Below are positions 32,022 to 41,294 of a DNA stretch of 50,328 bases, one piece after another (positions within the stretch are counted from its first letter, which is position 1; each line of letters starts with the position of its first letter). Below the pieces are notes generated by a model. The model searched no databases. It worked only from the letters and a program-made list of their open reading frames with translations, and had not been told where the DNA came from. The translations under genes and the position numbers were made by a program. The stretch lies in the IMG/VR virus record IMGVR_UViG_3300024259_000003. One strand, 5' to 3'. The stretch comes from a virus.

Positions 32022-32489
32022 ATGAGAAGATTGACCGTAGTATTCTGTTTGTTAATTATGATTGGAGTCGTCGGATGTTCGACAACTGATCCGATGAGCC
32101 CAACGGTAGACACTGGTATTGCCCGGGAAGCTGCACCATCTATCATCAAACCACAAGAAATTGATGTAGTGTACGATGGAGTAGCAAGGCTTGCGTGGTG
32201 GTGGCCAGTAGAAGACGAAATGGACGAAATTGAAACAGAACTTTTAGCCCTGATGGTGGAGACCCCGGGATTGGCCCCTATTGTGAAAGTTGATCCCCTA
32301 TCTACTGGATCTGTTGTGATTCATTGGGTTTCTGGAGATCAAACTTATACATCATTAGATTGGAGTACAACAGGTGTAATCAGTGAGGATGAAACAATTA
32401 GGTCACCGGGGTTGGACAGTCTTGACGATATTGTGTTCTACAACATGGATCTGGAAGATTGTTACTACTTCGGTCCAGATCCAGAATAG
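32022..32489 (+). CDS. Lipoprotein
   Basis: MRRLTVVFCLLIMIGVVGC|STT is a signal peptide with a lipobox-like VVGC. Confidence 0.6.
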   Translation: MRRLTVVFCLLIMIGVVGCSTTDPMSPTVDTGIAREAAPSIIKPQEIDVVYDGVARLAWWWPVEDEMDEIETELLALMVETPGLAPIVKVDPLSTGSVVIHWVSGDQTYTSLDWSTTGVISEDETIRSPGLDSLDDIVFYNMDLEDCYYFGPDPE

Positions 32490-32533
32490 GAGATTTATTT
32501 TCTGGACACAGTATTTCTTCAAACCCTTAAACT

Positions 32534-32578
32534 AAAGCAGTTTGTAGGATCTCCTCAGATCTTGCAAACTGCTTTTTC
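32534..32578 (+). terminator. Rho-independent terminator ending the early plus block
   Basis: aaagcagtttg (32534-32544) pairs with caaactgcttt (32565-32575), with inner gatc/gatc pairing, followed by tttt. Confidence 0.7.
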
Positions 32579-32589
32579 AGTTACCGCAC

Positions 32590-32618
32590 TTGACAGAAGC
32601 CGAAATAATTTGTAAATT
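32590..32618 (+). promoter_or_regulatory. Sigma70-type promoter (TTGACA-17-TAAATT) for the packaging/structural operon
   Basis: TTGACA at 32590-32595, a 17-nt spacer, TAAATT at 32613-32618. Confidence 0.55.
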
Positions 32619-32675
32619 CAAAGTATCTAAACGTTTCGTCACTTTCCAAACCGTCAACAAAAACCGGAGTCAAAT

Positions 32676-33926
32676 ATACCTAATCCTAAAAACCGGATCA
32701 AGGCGTATCGTACCGTTAAAGCATCCGAACTTATCGACAACCCTCTAAACTGGCGCAAGCATCCCGCGAAGCAAAAGACCGCGATGAAATCCATCCTCGG
32801 CGAGATCGGGTATGCAGATGCCATCAAGGTCGTTGAGACTCCCAAAGGGCTGATGATTATCGACGGGCATCTTCGGAAGGAAGTGTCAGCCGAGACTGAA
32901 GTGCCGATTCTTGTATTAGACCTCACCCCAGCCGAGCAGGACCTGATGCTGGCAACGTTTGACCCGATAGGGAGCATGGCGACAACAGACGATGACTTAT
33001 TGAAAGATCTTCTCGACAGTATAGATTCTGACAACAAAGATATTAATGATCTCATCGTGGATATTGCTCAGGACAACGATGTTATTGTCGGCATTTCATC
33101 GGGTGAGCAATCCAAAGATCCTGTCCCGCGCGTGGACAAAGCTGCCGAGCTGCAGGATACTTGGAAAACAGAATCCGGTCAGGTTTGGGAGATTGGGTCT
33201 GAATCCTGTAATGGATCGCATCGTATAATCTGTGGTGATTGCCGGGTTGATGCAGATGTTGATCTGTTAATGGCAGGCAAGAAAGCAGGGATGACTTTCA
33301 CCGATCCTCCGTACAATGTCAATTACGGATCTGACACAAATCACCCATCTTGGAATAACACGCCGGGCAGGACAATCGAAAACGATAAAATGAGCAGCAA
33401 GGATTTTGCTGAATTCATAAGGCAGTCATTCCAGAGTGTAAAGCGCGTGTGTGATGGTGTTATCTACTCATTCGGTGCGCAGGGTGCAGATGGTCGAATA
33501 ATGTTTACTGTCCTCGACAATATGTTCCACAACAGCGGGACCATTATATGGGTTAAAGATCGAATGGTTCTCGGACGAGGCAAATATCACACTAAATATG
33601 AGCCGTGCTGGTTTGGATGGAATAAGTCTGGATCAACGTTTACATCTGACCGGACGTTAACGAATGTGTGGGAGTGCAAAAGACCAAGTGTCAGCGAAAT
33701 GCATCCCACAATCAAGCCTGTTGAATTAATTGAAATGGGAATCAGGCATAATCCAAAAGCAAAGAGCGTGTTAGATCCATTCATCGGCTCAGGCAGCACG
33801 ATGGTCGCGTGTGAAAACAATTCTCGCATCTGTTACGGAATGGAGATCGACCCGAAATATGTTGCGGTGACTCTTCAACGAATGGCAGACATGGGATTAA
33901 CCCCGGTGCTGACCAATGGCAAATAA
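32676..33926 (+). CDS. ParB-like nuclease domain / DNA methyltransferase (N6_N4_Mtase) fusion; start codon non-canonical or unresolved
   Basis: The ParB-N pattern IKAYRTVKASELIDNPLNWRKHP..Q...M..SI.EIGY.D.I.V......IIDGHLRKE begins upstream of the first ATG (32784). MTase motifs are FTDPPYNVNY and HPTIKPVEL...VLDPFIGSGSTMVA...GMEID. The 5' end is set at ATA 32676 (GGAG lies 6 nt upstream) and is tentative. Confidence 0.8.
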   Translation: MPNPKNRIKAYRTVKASELIDNPLNWRKHPAKQKTAMKSILGEIGYADAIKVVETPKGLMIIDGHLRKEVSAETEVPILVLDLTPAEQDLMLATFDPIGSMATTDDDLLKDLLDSIDSDNKDINDLIVDIAQDNDVIVGISSGEQSKDPVPRVDKAAELQDTWKTESGQVWEIGSESCNGSHRIICGDCRVDADVDLLMAGKKAGMTFTDPPYNVNYGSDTNHPSWNNTPGRTIENDKMSSKDFAEFIRQSFQSVKRVCDGVIYSFGAQGADGRIMFTVLDNMFHNSGTIIWVKDRMVLGRGKYHTKYEPCWFGWNKSGSTFTSDRTLTNVWECKRPSVSEMHPTIKPVELIEMGIRHNPKAKSVLDPFIGSGSTMVACENNSRICYGMEIDPKYVAVTLQRMADMGLTPVLTNGK

Positions 33927-34347
33927 AGATCGCAAATTCACCAAGAAGAACAAGGACAATCTCGTCAAGGCGATTGTCGCAGGGAATTACATCACGACCG
34001 CGTGCGAATATGCCGGGGTAAATCACAACACTTTTTACGATTGGGACAGGAAAGGGAAGCGAGCTGTCGAAGAATCCGAGCGAGACGGGACGCTGCTGAG
34101 CAAGCATCCTCTGTATAAATACGCAAGGTTTAACGAGATGATGCAAAAGGCAATTGCTGACTCCGAGGTCGGGTTGGTTGCACAGGTCCGCAAGGAAGCG
34201 AAAGGCGACTGGCGAGCTGCGATTGCGATGTTAGAGCGACGATTCCCTGCCCGATGGGGTAAGCAGGACACTCACAATGTGAATTTGAAATCCAATTACT
34301 CGGTGTCTGAGCCAGATCCACCGGAAGATGCTGAAGAGGATGGCTAA
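33916..34347 (+). CDS. terS: Terminase small subunit (HTH-containing)
   Basis: Lies directly upstream of, and overlapping, terL. Has an N-terminal HTH (ITTACEYAGVNHNTFYDWDRKG); 143 aa. Confidence 0.55.
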   Translation: MANKDRKFTKKNKDNLVKAIVAGNYITTACEYAGVNHNTFYDWDRKGKRAVEESERDGTLLSKHPLYKYARFNEMMQKAIADSEVGLVAQVRKEAKGDWRAAIAMLERRFPARWGKQDTHNVNLKSNYSVSEPDPPEDAEEDG

Positions 34348-35560
34348 TCAAGATATACATGTAAGCTTTGACGATTTAGCCAATGTCTCGAATGATAAGT
34401 ATTACCCGTTATTCTGGAATAAGAAACCGTGGCTCGTGCTTATGGGTGGCGCGATGTCCGGGAAATCGGTGTTCGCTGCTGATAAGGTTGTCAAGCGGGT
34501 AATATGCGAGCCGAATCATAAGATTTTATGTCTGAGGAAGGTGGGCGCGACAATTCGCTACTCATCTTTTGCTCAGGTGCTGGATACTATACGACGATGG
34601 AACATGGAGACTCTGTTCTCGTATAACAAATCAGACATGACGATTACGTGTCTGTTGAATGACAATCAGATAATATTCTCCGGGCTGGATGACAGCGAAA
34701 AATTAAAATCTATTACGAACATCACCTCGATATGGGTTGAGGAAGCGACAGAGTTTTCAGCGCAGGATCTCGTCCAAGTCGACTTGAGACTTCGCGGAAG
34801 GACTAAATCATATAAGCAAATAATATTAACATTTAATCCGATATCTCGGATGCATCACCTGAAGAAGCGGTTCTTCGATAAGCATGATCCGAGATCGAAA
34901 GTACTTATAACAACATTTCTCGATAATAAATTTCTTGATCAGTCAGATATTGACAAGATTAATGACCTGAAACATCGAGATATTGAGTATTATGAGATTT
35001 ATGGTCTGGCTCAGTGGGGTGATTTAACCGGGATCATCTATGCACCTCCGACCTTACTGGCAAGCTATCCAGACTCGTTTGATGAGATCATATATGGGCT
35101 TGATTTCAACTATTCATTACCGATGGGATTGTGCAGGTATGGGCTGAAAGATGGGGCTGTTTACGTGGAGCAATTGGTATATCGACCCGGTTTAACCACA
35201 AAAGATTTAATTGATATGTTCCCATCGTTTGGAATTAAGTCTACCGAACCCATATATTGCGATAGTGCAGAGCCGGACCGAATTGAAACGATTTACAGAG
35301 CCGGATATAATGCGCATCCGGCAAACAAGGGTCCGGGATCTGTCAGGGCTGGCATTGACTTCGTTAAGACATTAGAGATCTATTCCCATGAAAGTAACAT
35401 TGATTACAACAATGAGAAAGAGACCTACAAGTGGAAAGTCGACAAAAACAAAAATCCGCTGGATGAACCATTGAAAGAACACGATCATTTAATGGACGGT
35501 GAGAGATACGCGTTATGGACCCATCTCGGCAAACCGCGCCAGAAGGCTTTCATATCATGA
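34328..35560 (+). CDS. terL: Terminase large subunit (PBSX/Terminase_3-like)
   Basis: Walker A LMGGAMSGKS; Walker B IWVEEATEF. Nuclease part is IYCDSAEPDRI...HLMDGERYAL. Start could also be ATG 34340. Confidence 0.9.
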   Translation: MLKRMANQDIHVSFDDLANVSNDKYYPLFWNKKPWLVLMGGAMSGKSVFAADKVVKRVICEPNHKILCLRKVGATIRYSSFAQVLDTIRRWNMETLFSYNKSDMTITCLLNDNQIIFSGLDDSEKLKSITNITSIWVEEATEFSAQDLVQVDLRLRGRTKSYKQIILTFNPISRMHHLKKRFFDKHDPRSKVLITTFLDNKFLDQSDIDKINDLKHRDIEYYEIYGLAQWGDLTGIIYAPPTLLASYPDSFDEIIYGLDFNYSLPMGLCRYGLKDGAVYVEQLVYRPGLTTKDLIDMFPSFGIKSTEPIYCDSAEPDRIETIYRAGYNAHPANKGPGSVRAGIDFVKTLEIYSHESNIDYNNEKETYKWKVDKNKNPLDEPLKEHDHLMDGERYALWTHLGKPRQKAFIS

Positions 35561-37701
35561 GTTTTTGGTCTTGGTTGGGCAAAAAAATCATCGAAGAAAA
35601 GGTGTCCGCTTCTTCGCGAGGTTCATCGGACATGTACTTCCCATCATCTCCGGGAAGCCAGATCGAACCAGTTAATTACTCGAGTGTATCCAAACAGGCA
35701 TATATGACTAATGTGCTGGTCAAGATCTGCATCGATGCCATCACTAATATATTCGTCGAGGGAAAACTCAGAGTCTATTCAAAAACCGATAATCAAGAGC
35801 TTCCGGATCACCAACTTCAAAACATCCTTAATGCCCCGAATGAATTCTCAACTCGCTATGAATTTTGGCGGGACTTTCTTTCTTATGGGCTGATCGCTGG
35901 AAATAAATATATTGAGAAGGTACGGTCGAGGGCGGGGAAGGTTGCGGAACTGTGGACTTTGAGACCGGATCGTGTAACGATAAAAACTTTAGATAGTGGG
36001 TTTATCAGTCACTATATTTACAAAGCGGGTCAGCGGACGCGAGATATACCGACAGAAAACATGATTCATTCCAAAACGTTTCATCCATTGGATGATTATT
36101 TCGGGATGTCTCCGGTCGAGCCGGGTTTTCATGAAGTGGATACAGATAATATTTCAACAGAATTTGTGCGGGTAGTCCTCGAGAATAAAGGTGTCGGACC
36201 CGGAACGATGGTTGAAGTGCCAGCGCGTGTCGGTGAGCTGACAGAGGATGAAATTACCCGGTTGAGAGCGCAGTGGTCAGCAAGGTTTGGTCAGGAGTCT
36301 CGCGGCAAGGTTGGATTTGTCGCTGAAGGAATGAAGGTCAGCTCTTTCGGTTTCAATATGCAAGAGCTTGAAATGAGCGAGTTGACAAATAAACTCGAGT
36401 CTCGTATCTGCGGGATGTTTCATGTCCCTCCCGGAACTGTGTTCGCGATGGTTGGATTGAAGTACAATACTTTTAATAATGCGAAGGAAGCCAGACGCGC
36501 TTTATATGAGGATGGTGTTGAGCCGATATACCGCGAGCTGGAGGATTTGCTGAATCAGCATCTCGTCCCGGATTTTGATGAAAATATATATCTGAAATAC
36601 GACACCTCCGATGTCACCGCGCTTGCTGAACAGCGCAAAACGATCCGAACCGAAGCTCGCGAAAACTTCACATCCGGAATTATGACACTAAATGAAGCAC
36701 GGACTGTTCAAGGTCTTGATCCTACAAAGAACGGTGATGCGTTCGTAAGGCCAATGAACCTCGTTCTCGTCCCGGCTGATGCTGTTGATTCCACTGCCAA
36801 TCAACTTGTCAGTGCATATGCGCGAAAATTCAAAGCAAGCGGAGTGAGTGCAATCTCCGATGTGGTCGGTCGACGCAATGCTGCCGAAGCGTGGAAAGGT
36901 AAGATCGAATCCGCGATGATCGATGAGTTCAATAGTGAAAAAGCAGATGTCACGAAGCTCGCGAGTGAAGTCGGGAAGCTCAGGAAAAAGGCTGATAGTA
37001 TAGATGAAATTGATAAGGTCCTCATAAAAGAGCTTGAGGGTCGCATCGATGGCTTATATGATGATTGGATCGAGGGAACGATTAAAAACCTGACTCCGGT
37101 ACTCGGTGGGGTACTGGACGAAGCTGCAACTCTGGCTGCTGCCGAGCTTGGAACTGTCTTTGATATAACAAACGCAACACAGCAAAAATTCGTTGATGAT
37201 TACGGGTTTAAATTCGCAAGAAAAATCACTGATACGTCCGATGAAGTGATTCGGAGATTAATCAAGGATGCGCTGGATAGTGATATATCATACAATGATC
37301 TGGTCAAGAAATTAAAAGCTCAGTTTGATGAATGGGTCGGGAAAGGACTGACAAAGAAAATCGCATTTCGCGCCGATATGGTGGCTCGTACCGAAACAAT
37401 AAGAGCTGTCAATCAAGGCGCGTTACAAGCTTATAAGAATGACGGGATCGAGGAGGTGGAGTGGGATGCTGCGGGAGATGCTTGCCCGTATTGCACCACA
37501 CTTGATGGGAAGTCAGTACCAACCGGAGACAACTTCATCGACTTAAATGCAGAGCTGGTCCCTGATCCTGTTGAAAAGGTAGTTGATGGAGTGGTGACAG
37601 AGGTTCCCGCGGGAGTGCCACCGCTCAAGGCTAATTACGAAGCGATCAATGCACCTCCAGCACATCCGAATTGTAGATGTGTCTTGAAACCTAAACTTTA
37701 A
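35557..37701 (+). CDS. Portal protein (HK97-type Phage_portal) fused to a MuF / SPP1 gp7-like head-morphogenesis domain
   Basis: ATG 35557 overlaps the terL stop (ATGA). The portal pattern is ...HQLQNILNAPN...GNKYIEKVR...ELWTLRPDRV...MSPVEP.... The C-terminus is RADMVARTETIRAVNQGALQAYKNDGIEEVEW.A.GDACPYCTTLDGK (MuF signature). Confidence 0.8.
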   Translation: MSFWSWLGKKIIEEKVSASSRGSSDMYFPSSPGSQIEPVNYSSVSKQAYMTNVLVKICIDAITNIFVEGKLRVYSKTDNQELPDHQLQNILNAPNEFSTRYEFWRDFLSYGLIAGNKYIEKVRSRAGKVAELWTLRPDRVTIKTLDSGFISHYIYKAGQRTRDIPTENMIHSKTFHPLDDYFGMSPVEPGFHEVDTDNISTEFVRVVLENKGVGPGTMVEVPARVGELTEDEITRLRAQWSARFGQESRGKVGFVAEGMKVSSFGFNMQELEMSELTNKLESRICGMFHVPPGTVFAMVGLKYNTFNNAKEARRALYEDGVEPIYRELEDLLNQHLVPDFDENIYLKYDTSDVTALAEQRKTIRTEARENFTSGIMTLNEARTVQGLDPTKNGDAFVRPMNLVLVPADAVDSTANQLVSAYARKFKASGVSAISDVVGRRNAAEAWKGKIESAMIDEFNSEKADVTKLASEVGKLRKKADSIDEIDKVLIKELEGRIDGLYDDWIEGTIKNLTPVLGGVLDEAATLAAAELGTVFDITNATQQKFVDDYGFKFARKITDTSDEVIRRLIKDALDSDISYNDLVKKLKAQFDEWVGKGLTKKIAFRADMVARTETIRAVNQGALQAYKNDGIEEVEWDAAGDACPYCTTLDGKSVPTGDNFIDLNAELVPDPVEKVVDGVVTEVPAGVPPLKANYEAINAPPAHPNCRCVLKPKL

Positions 37702-37715
37702 GAGAGGAAATTCTC

Positions 37716-38843
37716 ATGTCGGAACGAATATTTTTTCCATTCGAGATCAAAGCTAAGGGTCGAAGCGGAGAGCTTGGAGAAAACATGATCGCTGGTCATG
37801 GATCAGCATTTGATAATGTTGATTCGTATGGTGATGTCGTGAAGAAGGGCGCGTTTAAGAAAACTATCCGCGAGCGTGTGAATAAAGGGAAAGTCAAGTT
37901 GATGGATTCGCACGGGTGGAACATCTCTCGACTGTTGGGATCGATTACATTTGCGGAAGAAGACGAAAAAGGATTGTATTTTGAGGGATTATTCTCAGAG
38001 GTTCAGTCTGCTCAGGATGTGCGACAAAAGATAATGGAAGGACATGTCGCTGAGTTGTCGATCGGATACACCACCATCAAAGAGCATTACGGTGATCTGA
38101 AAAAGAATGAAAACCCTAATTACAGATACCTTGATGAGGTGAAGCTATATGAGATCTCGCCTGTTGTATTCGCTGCCAATGAGGATGCTGAGATTACTGC
38201 AATAAAATCGGCTGTTCCCTTTTTCGAGCTACCGATCGCGGATGTCAAAACTTCATGGGACCCTATTAGTGCAGAGGGACGTGTCCGCGAGTGGGCTGGT
38301 GCTGATGAAAAGCCGAACGCAAATTATCGCAAAGCATTCATCCTGTACGACTCAAATGATCCTCTGAATTTCGTGGCACATAAATTCCAGATCGCAGATG
38401 TTGTTGATGGAAAGCTGATGATTATCCCGGAAGCGATCAAGGCGGTGGCCACTGATATCTCAGCATATCACGAGAACAGACCTGAGCTTTCAATCAAGCA
38501 TGAGATGGCTGTTAAGGAAAAGATTGATTTTTATTCAGGAAAGATGGGTGATTGGTTTACTCCATCGTGGGACATGAAAGGATACGATCTGATCGTTGAG
38601 ATCGGGAAAACCGTATCACCGGACCAAAAGAAAATTATCGATGCGTGTAAGGGGTTGATTGAATCAGATCCCGAGCATAAATCGGAAATCATAAAAGCAT
38701 TATCTGACGGAGCCGAGCCGGATCATCACGATTCACTCACTAATGATGATAATCAAATCGATGAATCTGTTGAAAACACAAACAGATTATTGACCAGAGC
38801 CAGTTTAAGTCTGGCTGAAAATCATTTAGGAGTGATTAACTAA
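37716..38843 (+). CDS. Prohead protease (HK97 / S78 family) with a long C-terminal extension (scaffold-like?)
   Basis: IAGHGSAFDNVDSYGDVVKKGAFKKTI...VKLMDSHG...LG...EDEKGLYFEG......HVAELSIGY. About 200 extra C-terminal residues. Confidence 0.8.
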   Translation: MSERIFFPFEIKAKGRSGELGENMIAGHGSAFDNVDSYGDVVKKGAFKKTIRERVNKGKVKLMDSHGWNISRLLGSITFAEEDEKGLYFEGLFSEVQSAQDVRQKIMEGHVAELSIGYTTIKEHYGDLKKNENPNYRYLDEVKLYEISPVVFAANEDAEITAIKSAVPFFELPIADVKTSWDPISAEGRVREWAGADEKPNANYRKAFILYDSNDPLNFVAHKFQIADVVDGKLMIIPEAIKAVATDISAYHENRPELSIKHEMAVKEKIDFYSGKMGDWFTPSWDMKGYDLIVEIGKTVSPDQKKIIDACKGLIESDPEHKSEIIKALSDGAEPDHHDSLTNDDNQIDESVENTNRLLTRASLSLAENHLGVIN

Positions 38844-40102
38844 TGGACAAGTTCCAGAAAATGATTGAAGATCTGCAATTAAAGCAGAGAACATTGTTCG
38901 AGAAGGGACGGGACGCACTCGGGGAAGGGGGCACCATCACTGTCGAAGATCGAGCAAAGGCTGATGGATATCTTGCAGAATCGGTGCAAATTGGCGATAG
39001 CGTCAAGAAACTGATCGATGCGAAAGCAGGGCAAGATCTTACCGATAAATTCATGGATGAACCAGTTCGCGAATTCATCGCTGATCCTTCAGAAACGAAA
39101 TACAACGGTGAGATGCTTGAGGGTGAATTAAAACTCGCGAAGAAAGCTCTCGAGAAGTATTTCCGCGCACCGAATGCAGACGCATTCAGGCAGTCAGCAA
39201 CAGCGGAAGAGTACAAAACCATGTCCCGGTTGACTGATCCGGCTGGTGGTTATTTTGTTCATCCTGAGTTTTCAACCAGCATCATCACCAAATTGCGTGA
39301 TCGTGTATGGATTCGACAACTTGCGGATCTGTATACAATCGGATCAGCACAATTGAAGCTTCCAGTATGGGATCGCACCTATACTCTTCCTGCCGTCGCG
39401 GAGAAAGGGACGATTGCTGTTCAGTCAGCGGATACCGCGGGTCAAAAGACATTTACCCCGCATAAAAGATCTACGATTCTCCAGATTACACAGGAGCTTC
39501 TTGAGGATTCATTCTTCGATGTCGAGGCCAAGTTGCGCGAGATGGTTATTGAGCAAATTGCTGAGATTGAAGAACCATTATTCATTGAGGGTACCGGGGC
39601 AGGAGAACCTACTGGCATTTTGAATGCAACTGGAATCACCGCGCTTGATATCTTAACATCCGGATCAGGCGATATGGTTCCTGAAGACATTGTTAAGGTT
39701 CCTATGCAACTCACAGCTGCATATCGCAGAAACAAAGCAACCGTTCGGTGGGGAATACCGAGGGCGCAATTGCTGAAAATCATGCTGATGCGATCCAATG
39801 ATGATGGCGCGAATACTGGTGAATTCATGTGGAACCCCAATTTCGCAACGGGCAAACCCGCAGAGCTTCAGGGCTACGTTGTCGAAGAAACCGAATTTAT
39901 GACTGCTGCCTCTCAAGATGGCGATCCGCTGTTGTTCTTCGGTGATCTTCGCAAGTATGCCATCGTTGATCATGGCGGAATCTCTGTCCAGAAATTGATT
40001 GAGCTATATATACTCAATGAAATGGTTGGGCTGAAGTTCACCAAGCGGATGGATGCTGGCGTGACTGACGTAAATGGATTCGTGAGACTCAATCGTACAT
40101 AG
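38843..40102 (+). CDS. Major capsid protein, HK97 fold, with an N-terminal delta-like coiled-coil domain
   Basis: The position after the protease, the charged helical N-terminus, and ...LTDPAGGYFVHPEFSTSIITKLRDRVWIRQLA... are typical of the HK97 family. Confidence 0.85.
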   Translation: MDKFQKMIEDLQLKQRTLFEKGRDALGEGGTITVEDRAKADGYLAESVQIGDSVKKLIDAKAGQDLTDKFMDEPVREFIADPSETKYNGEMLEGELKLAKKALEKYFRAPNADAFRQSATAEEYKTMSRLTDPAGGYFVHPEFSTSIITKLRDRVWIRQLADLYTIGSAQLKLPVWDRTYTLPAVAEKGTIAVQSADTAGQKTFTPHKRSTILQITQELLEDSFFDVEAKLREMVIEQIAEIEEPLFIEGTGAGEPTGILNATGITALDILTSGSGDMVPEDIVKVPMQLTAAYRRNKATVRWGIPRAQLLKIMLMRSNDDGANTGEFMWNPNFATGKPAELQGYVVEETEFMTAASQDGDPLLFFGDLRKYAIVDHGGISVQKLIELYILNEMVGLKFTKRMDAGVTDVNGFVRLNRT

Positions 40103-40129
40103 AAATATTGTTCGATTTGATCTAGAACC

Positions 40130-40166
40130 AATTTGCAGGAGCGGGTCGATCCTTCTCCTGCAAATT
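40130..40166 (+). promoter_or_regulatory. Conserved 12-bp-stem hairpin, copy 1 (aatttgcaggag-N13-ctcctgcaaatt), 17 nt before the next start codon
   Basis: Read directly. Followed by gaaacttgaggtattttATG (ATG 40184). No U-tract. Confidence 0.7.
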
Positions 40167-40183
40167 GAAACTTGAGGTATTTT

Positions 40184-40663
40184 ATGGGCTTACGAAGATT
40201 AACAAAAACCGTCGCGCCCGGTGGACGTGTCGAGCAATCGCTCATTCCTGCCGTTTATGCAGGTAATGGTGACTCAACTGATTCGTCAACTCTTGATCTC
40301 GATGGATGGGCTGGTGGACTTTTTGTCATAGAAGTTGGAAACTCTGGTGATACGCTGGCTGCTGGTCTTGCAATAACATTAGTCCTTGAGCATTCGGACA
40401 CTGATACTGCCGGAGCTGCGGTTGACTCAAACGACTTAGTCGTGAATGATTTTGTCACTGAGGCAACTGGAGTGATCGCGCTAATTAATGCACCTGCGGA
40501 AGATTCAGCGGTGTTCACTGTCGAATACAAAGCGAATCATCCAAACGCAAAGCGTTACATTAATATCAGGATGGATCGAACCGGAAATCATGCAAATGGT
40601 ACTCCTGTATCAATAACGGGGATAAAACTCCATCCGATGCGGTCAAACGCTGACGGATATTAA
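40184..40663 (+). CDS. Putative head decoration / auxiliary capsid protein, paralogue 1
   Basis: GAGG lies 6 nt before ATG 40184. It follows the capsid gene and shares a pattern with the next ORF (..L.LEHSDTDTAGAAV.. compared with ..IILHDSDDDSTFAAV..; ..FTVEYKANHPNAKRY.. compared with ..YTVAYVGNKRY..). Confidence 0.4.
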   Translation: MGLRRLTKTVAPGGRVEQSLIPAVYAGNGDSTDSSTLDLDGWAGGLFVIEVGNSGDTLAAGLAITLVLEHSDTDTAGAAVDSNDLVVNDFVTEATGVIALINAPAEDSAVFTVEYKANHPNAKRYINIRMDRTGNHANGTPVSITGIKLHPMRSNADGY

Positions 40664-40723
40664 AAACATTCTTCAGTGATGTGTGAAACAAATTTTACTT
40701 TACATTAAAAGAGGACAATAATT

Positions 40724-41197
40724 ATGTTCAACGACCCATTGAACAATCAAAAAATCCAGATATCCCTTGCGCCCATTGTTCTGTCTGCGAGTGGGGCTCC
40801 CGTATCAATGGACAAGAAGGGTGCCGAGGCAACTGTTCACTCGGTGGCTGTTGGTGTGCTTGCGAATCCAGATGCATCGGATCATTTTCAAATCATTCTG
40901 CACGACTCGGATGATGATTCAACATTTGCTGCTGTCACTGATGTGAGTCAAGTGATTTTCAAGGTTGGAAACACAATCACGACTCCTGAAGCAATCGCTT
41001 CCGGGATCATGAAAAATCTTGACGATGCCGGAGACGCGGGTGAGGTTTATACCGTAGCTTATGTAGGGAATAAGCGGTACTCAAAGATCGTTCTGACAGA
41101 GGTTGTGTCGGCTGATGACGCAACTGCTGCGATTGGCGTTGTTTCTTACAATACCAATCTGACGAACGCTGGTGGGTCTGGCGTGATCGGAACCTAA
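40724..41197 (+). CDS. Putative head decoration / auxiliary capsid protein, paralogue 2
   Basis: agagga SD; similarity to 40184..40663 as described there. Confidence 0.4.
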   Translation: MFNDPLNNQKIQISLAPIVLSASGAPVSMDKKGAEATVHSVAVGVLANPDASDHFQIILHDSDDDSTFAAVTDVSQVIFKVGNTITTPEAIASGIMKNLDDAGDAGEVYTVAYVGNKRYSKIVLTEVVSADDATAAIGVVSYNTNLTNAGGSGVIGT

Positions 41198-41241
41198 GAC
41201 GAGATTTATTAGTGCAACGGGAATTTCGCTAATAATAAAAG

Positions 41242-41278
41242 GATTTGCAGGAGTGGATTAAATCTCCTCCTGCAAATC
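41242..41278 (+). promoter_or_regulatory. Conserved 12-bp-stem hairpin, copy 2 (gatttgcaggag-N13-ctcctgcaaatc)
   Basis: Followed by tcaacttgaggtaattATG (ATG 41295). The stem core, loop length and downstream acttgaggta box match copy 1. Confidence 0.7.
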
Positions 41279-41294
41279 TCAACTTGAGGTAATT

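Noticed and set aside
32654-33055. Minus-strand 133-aa ORF
   Set aside because: It is antisense to the ParB-domain coding region, whose plus-strand translation has clear family motifs.
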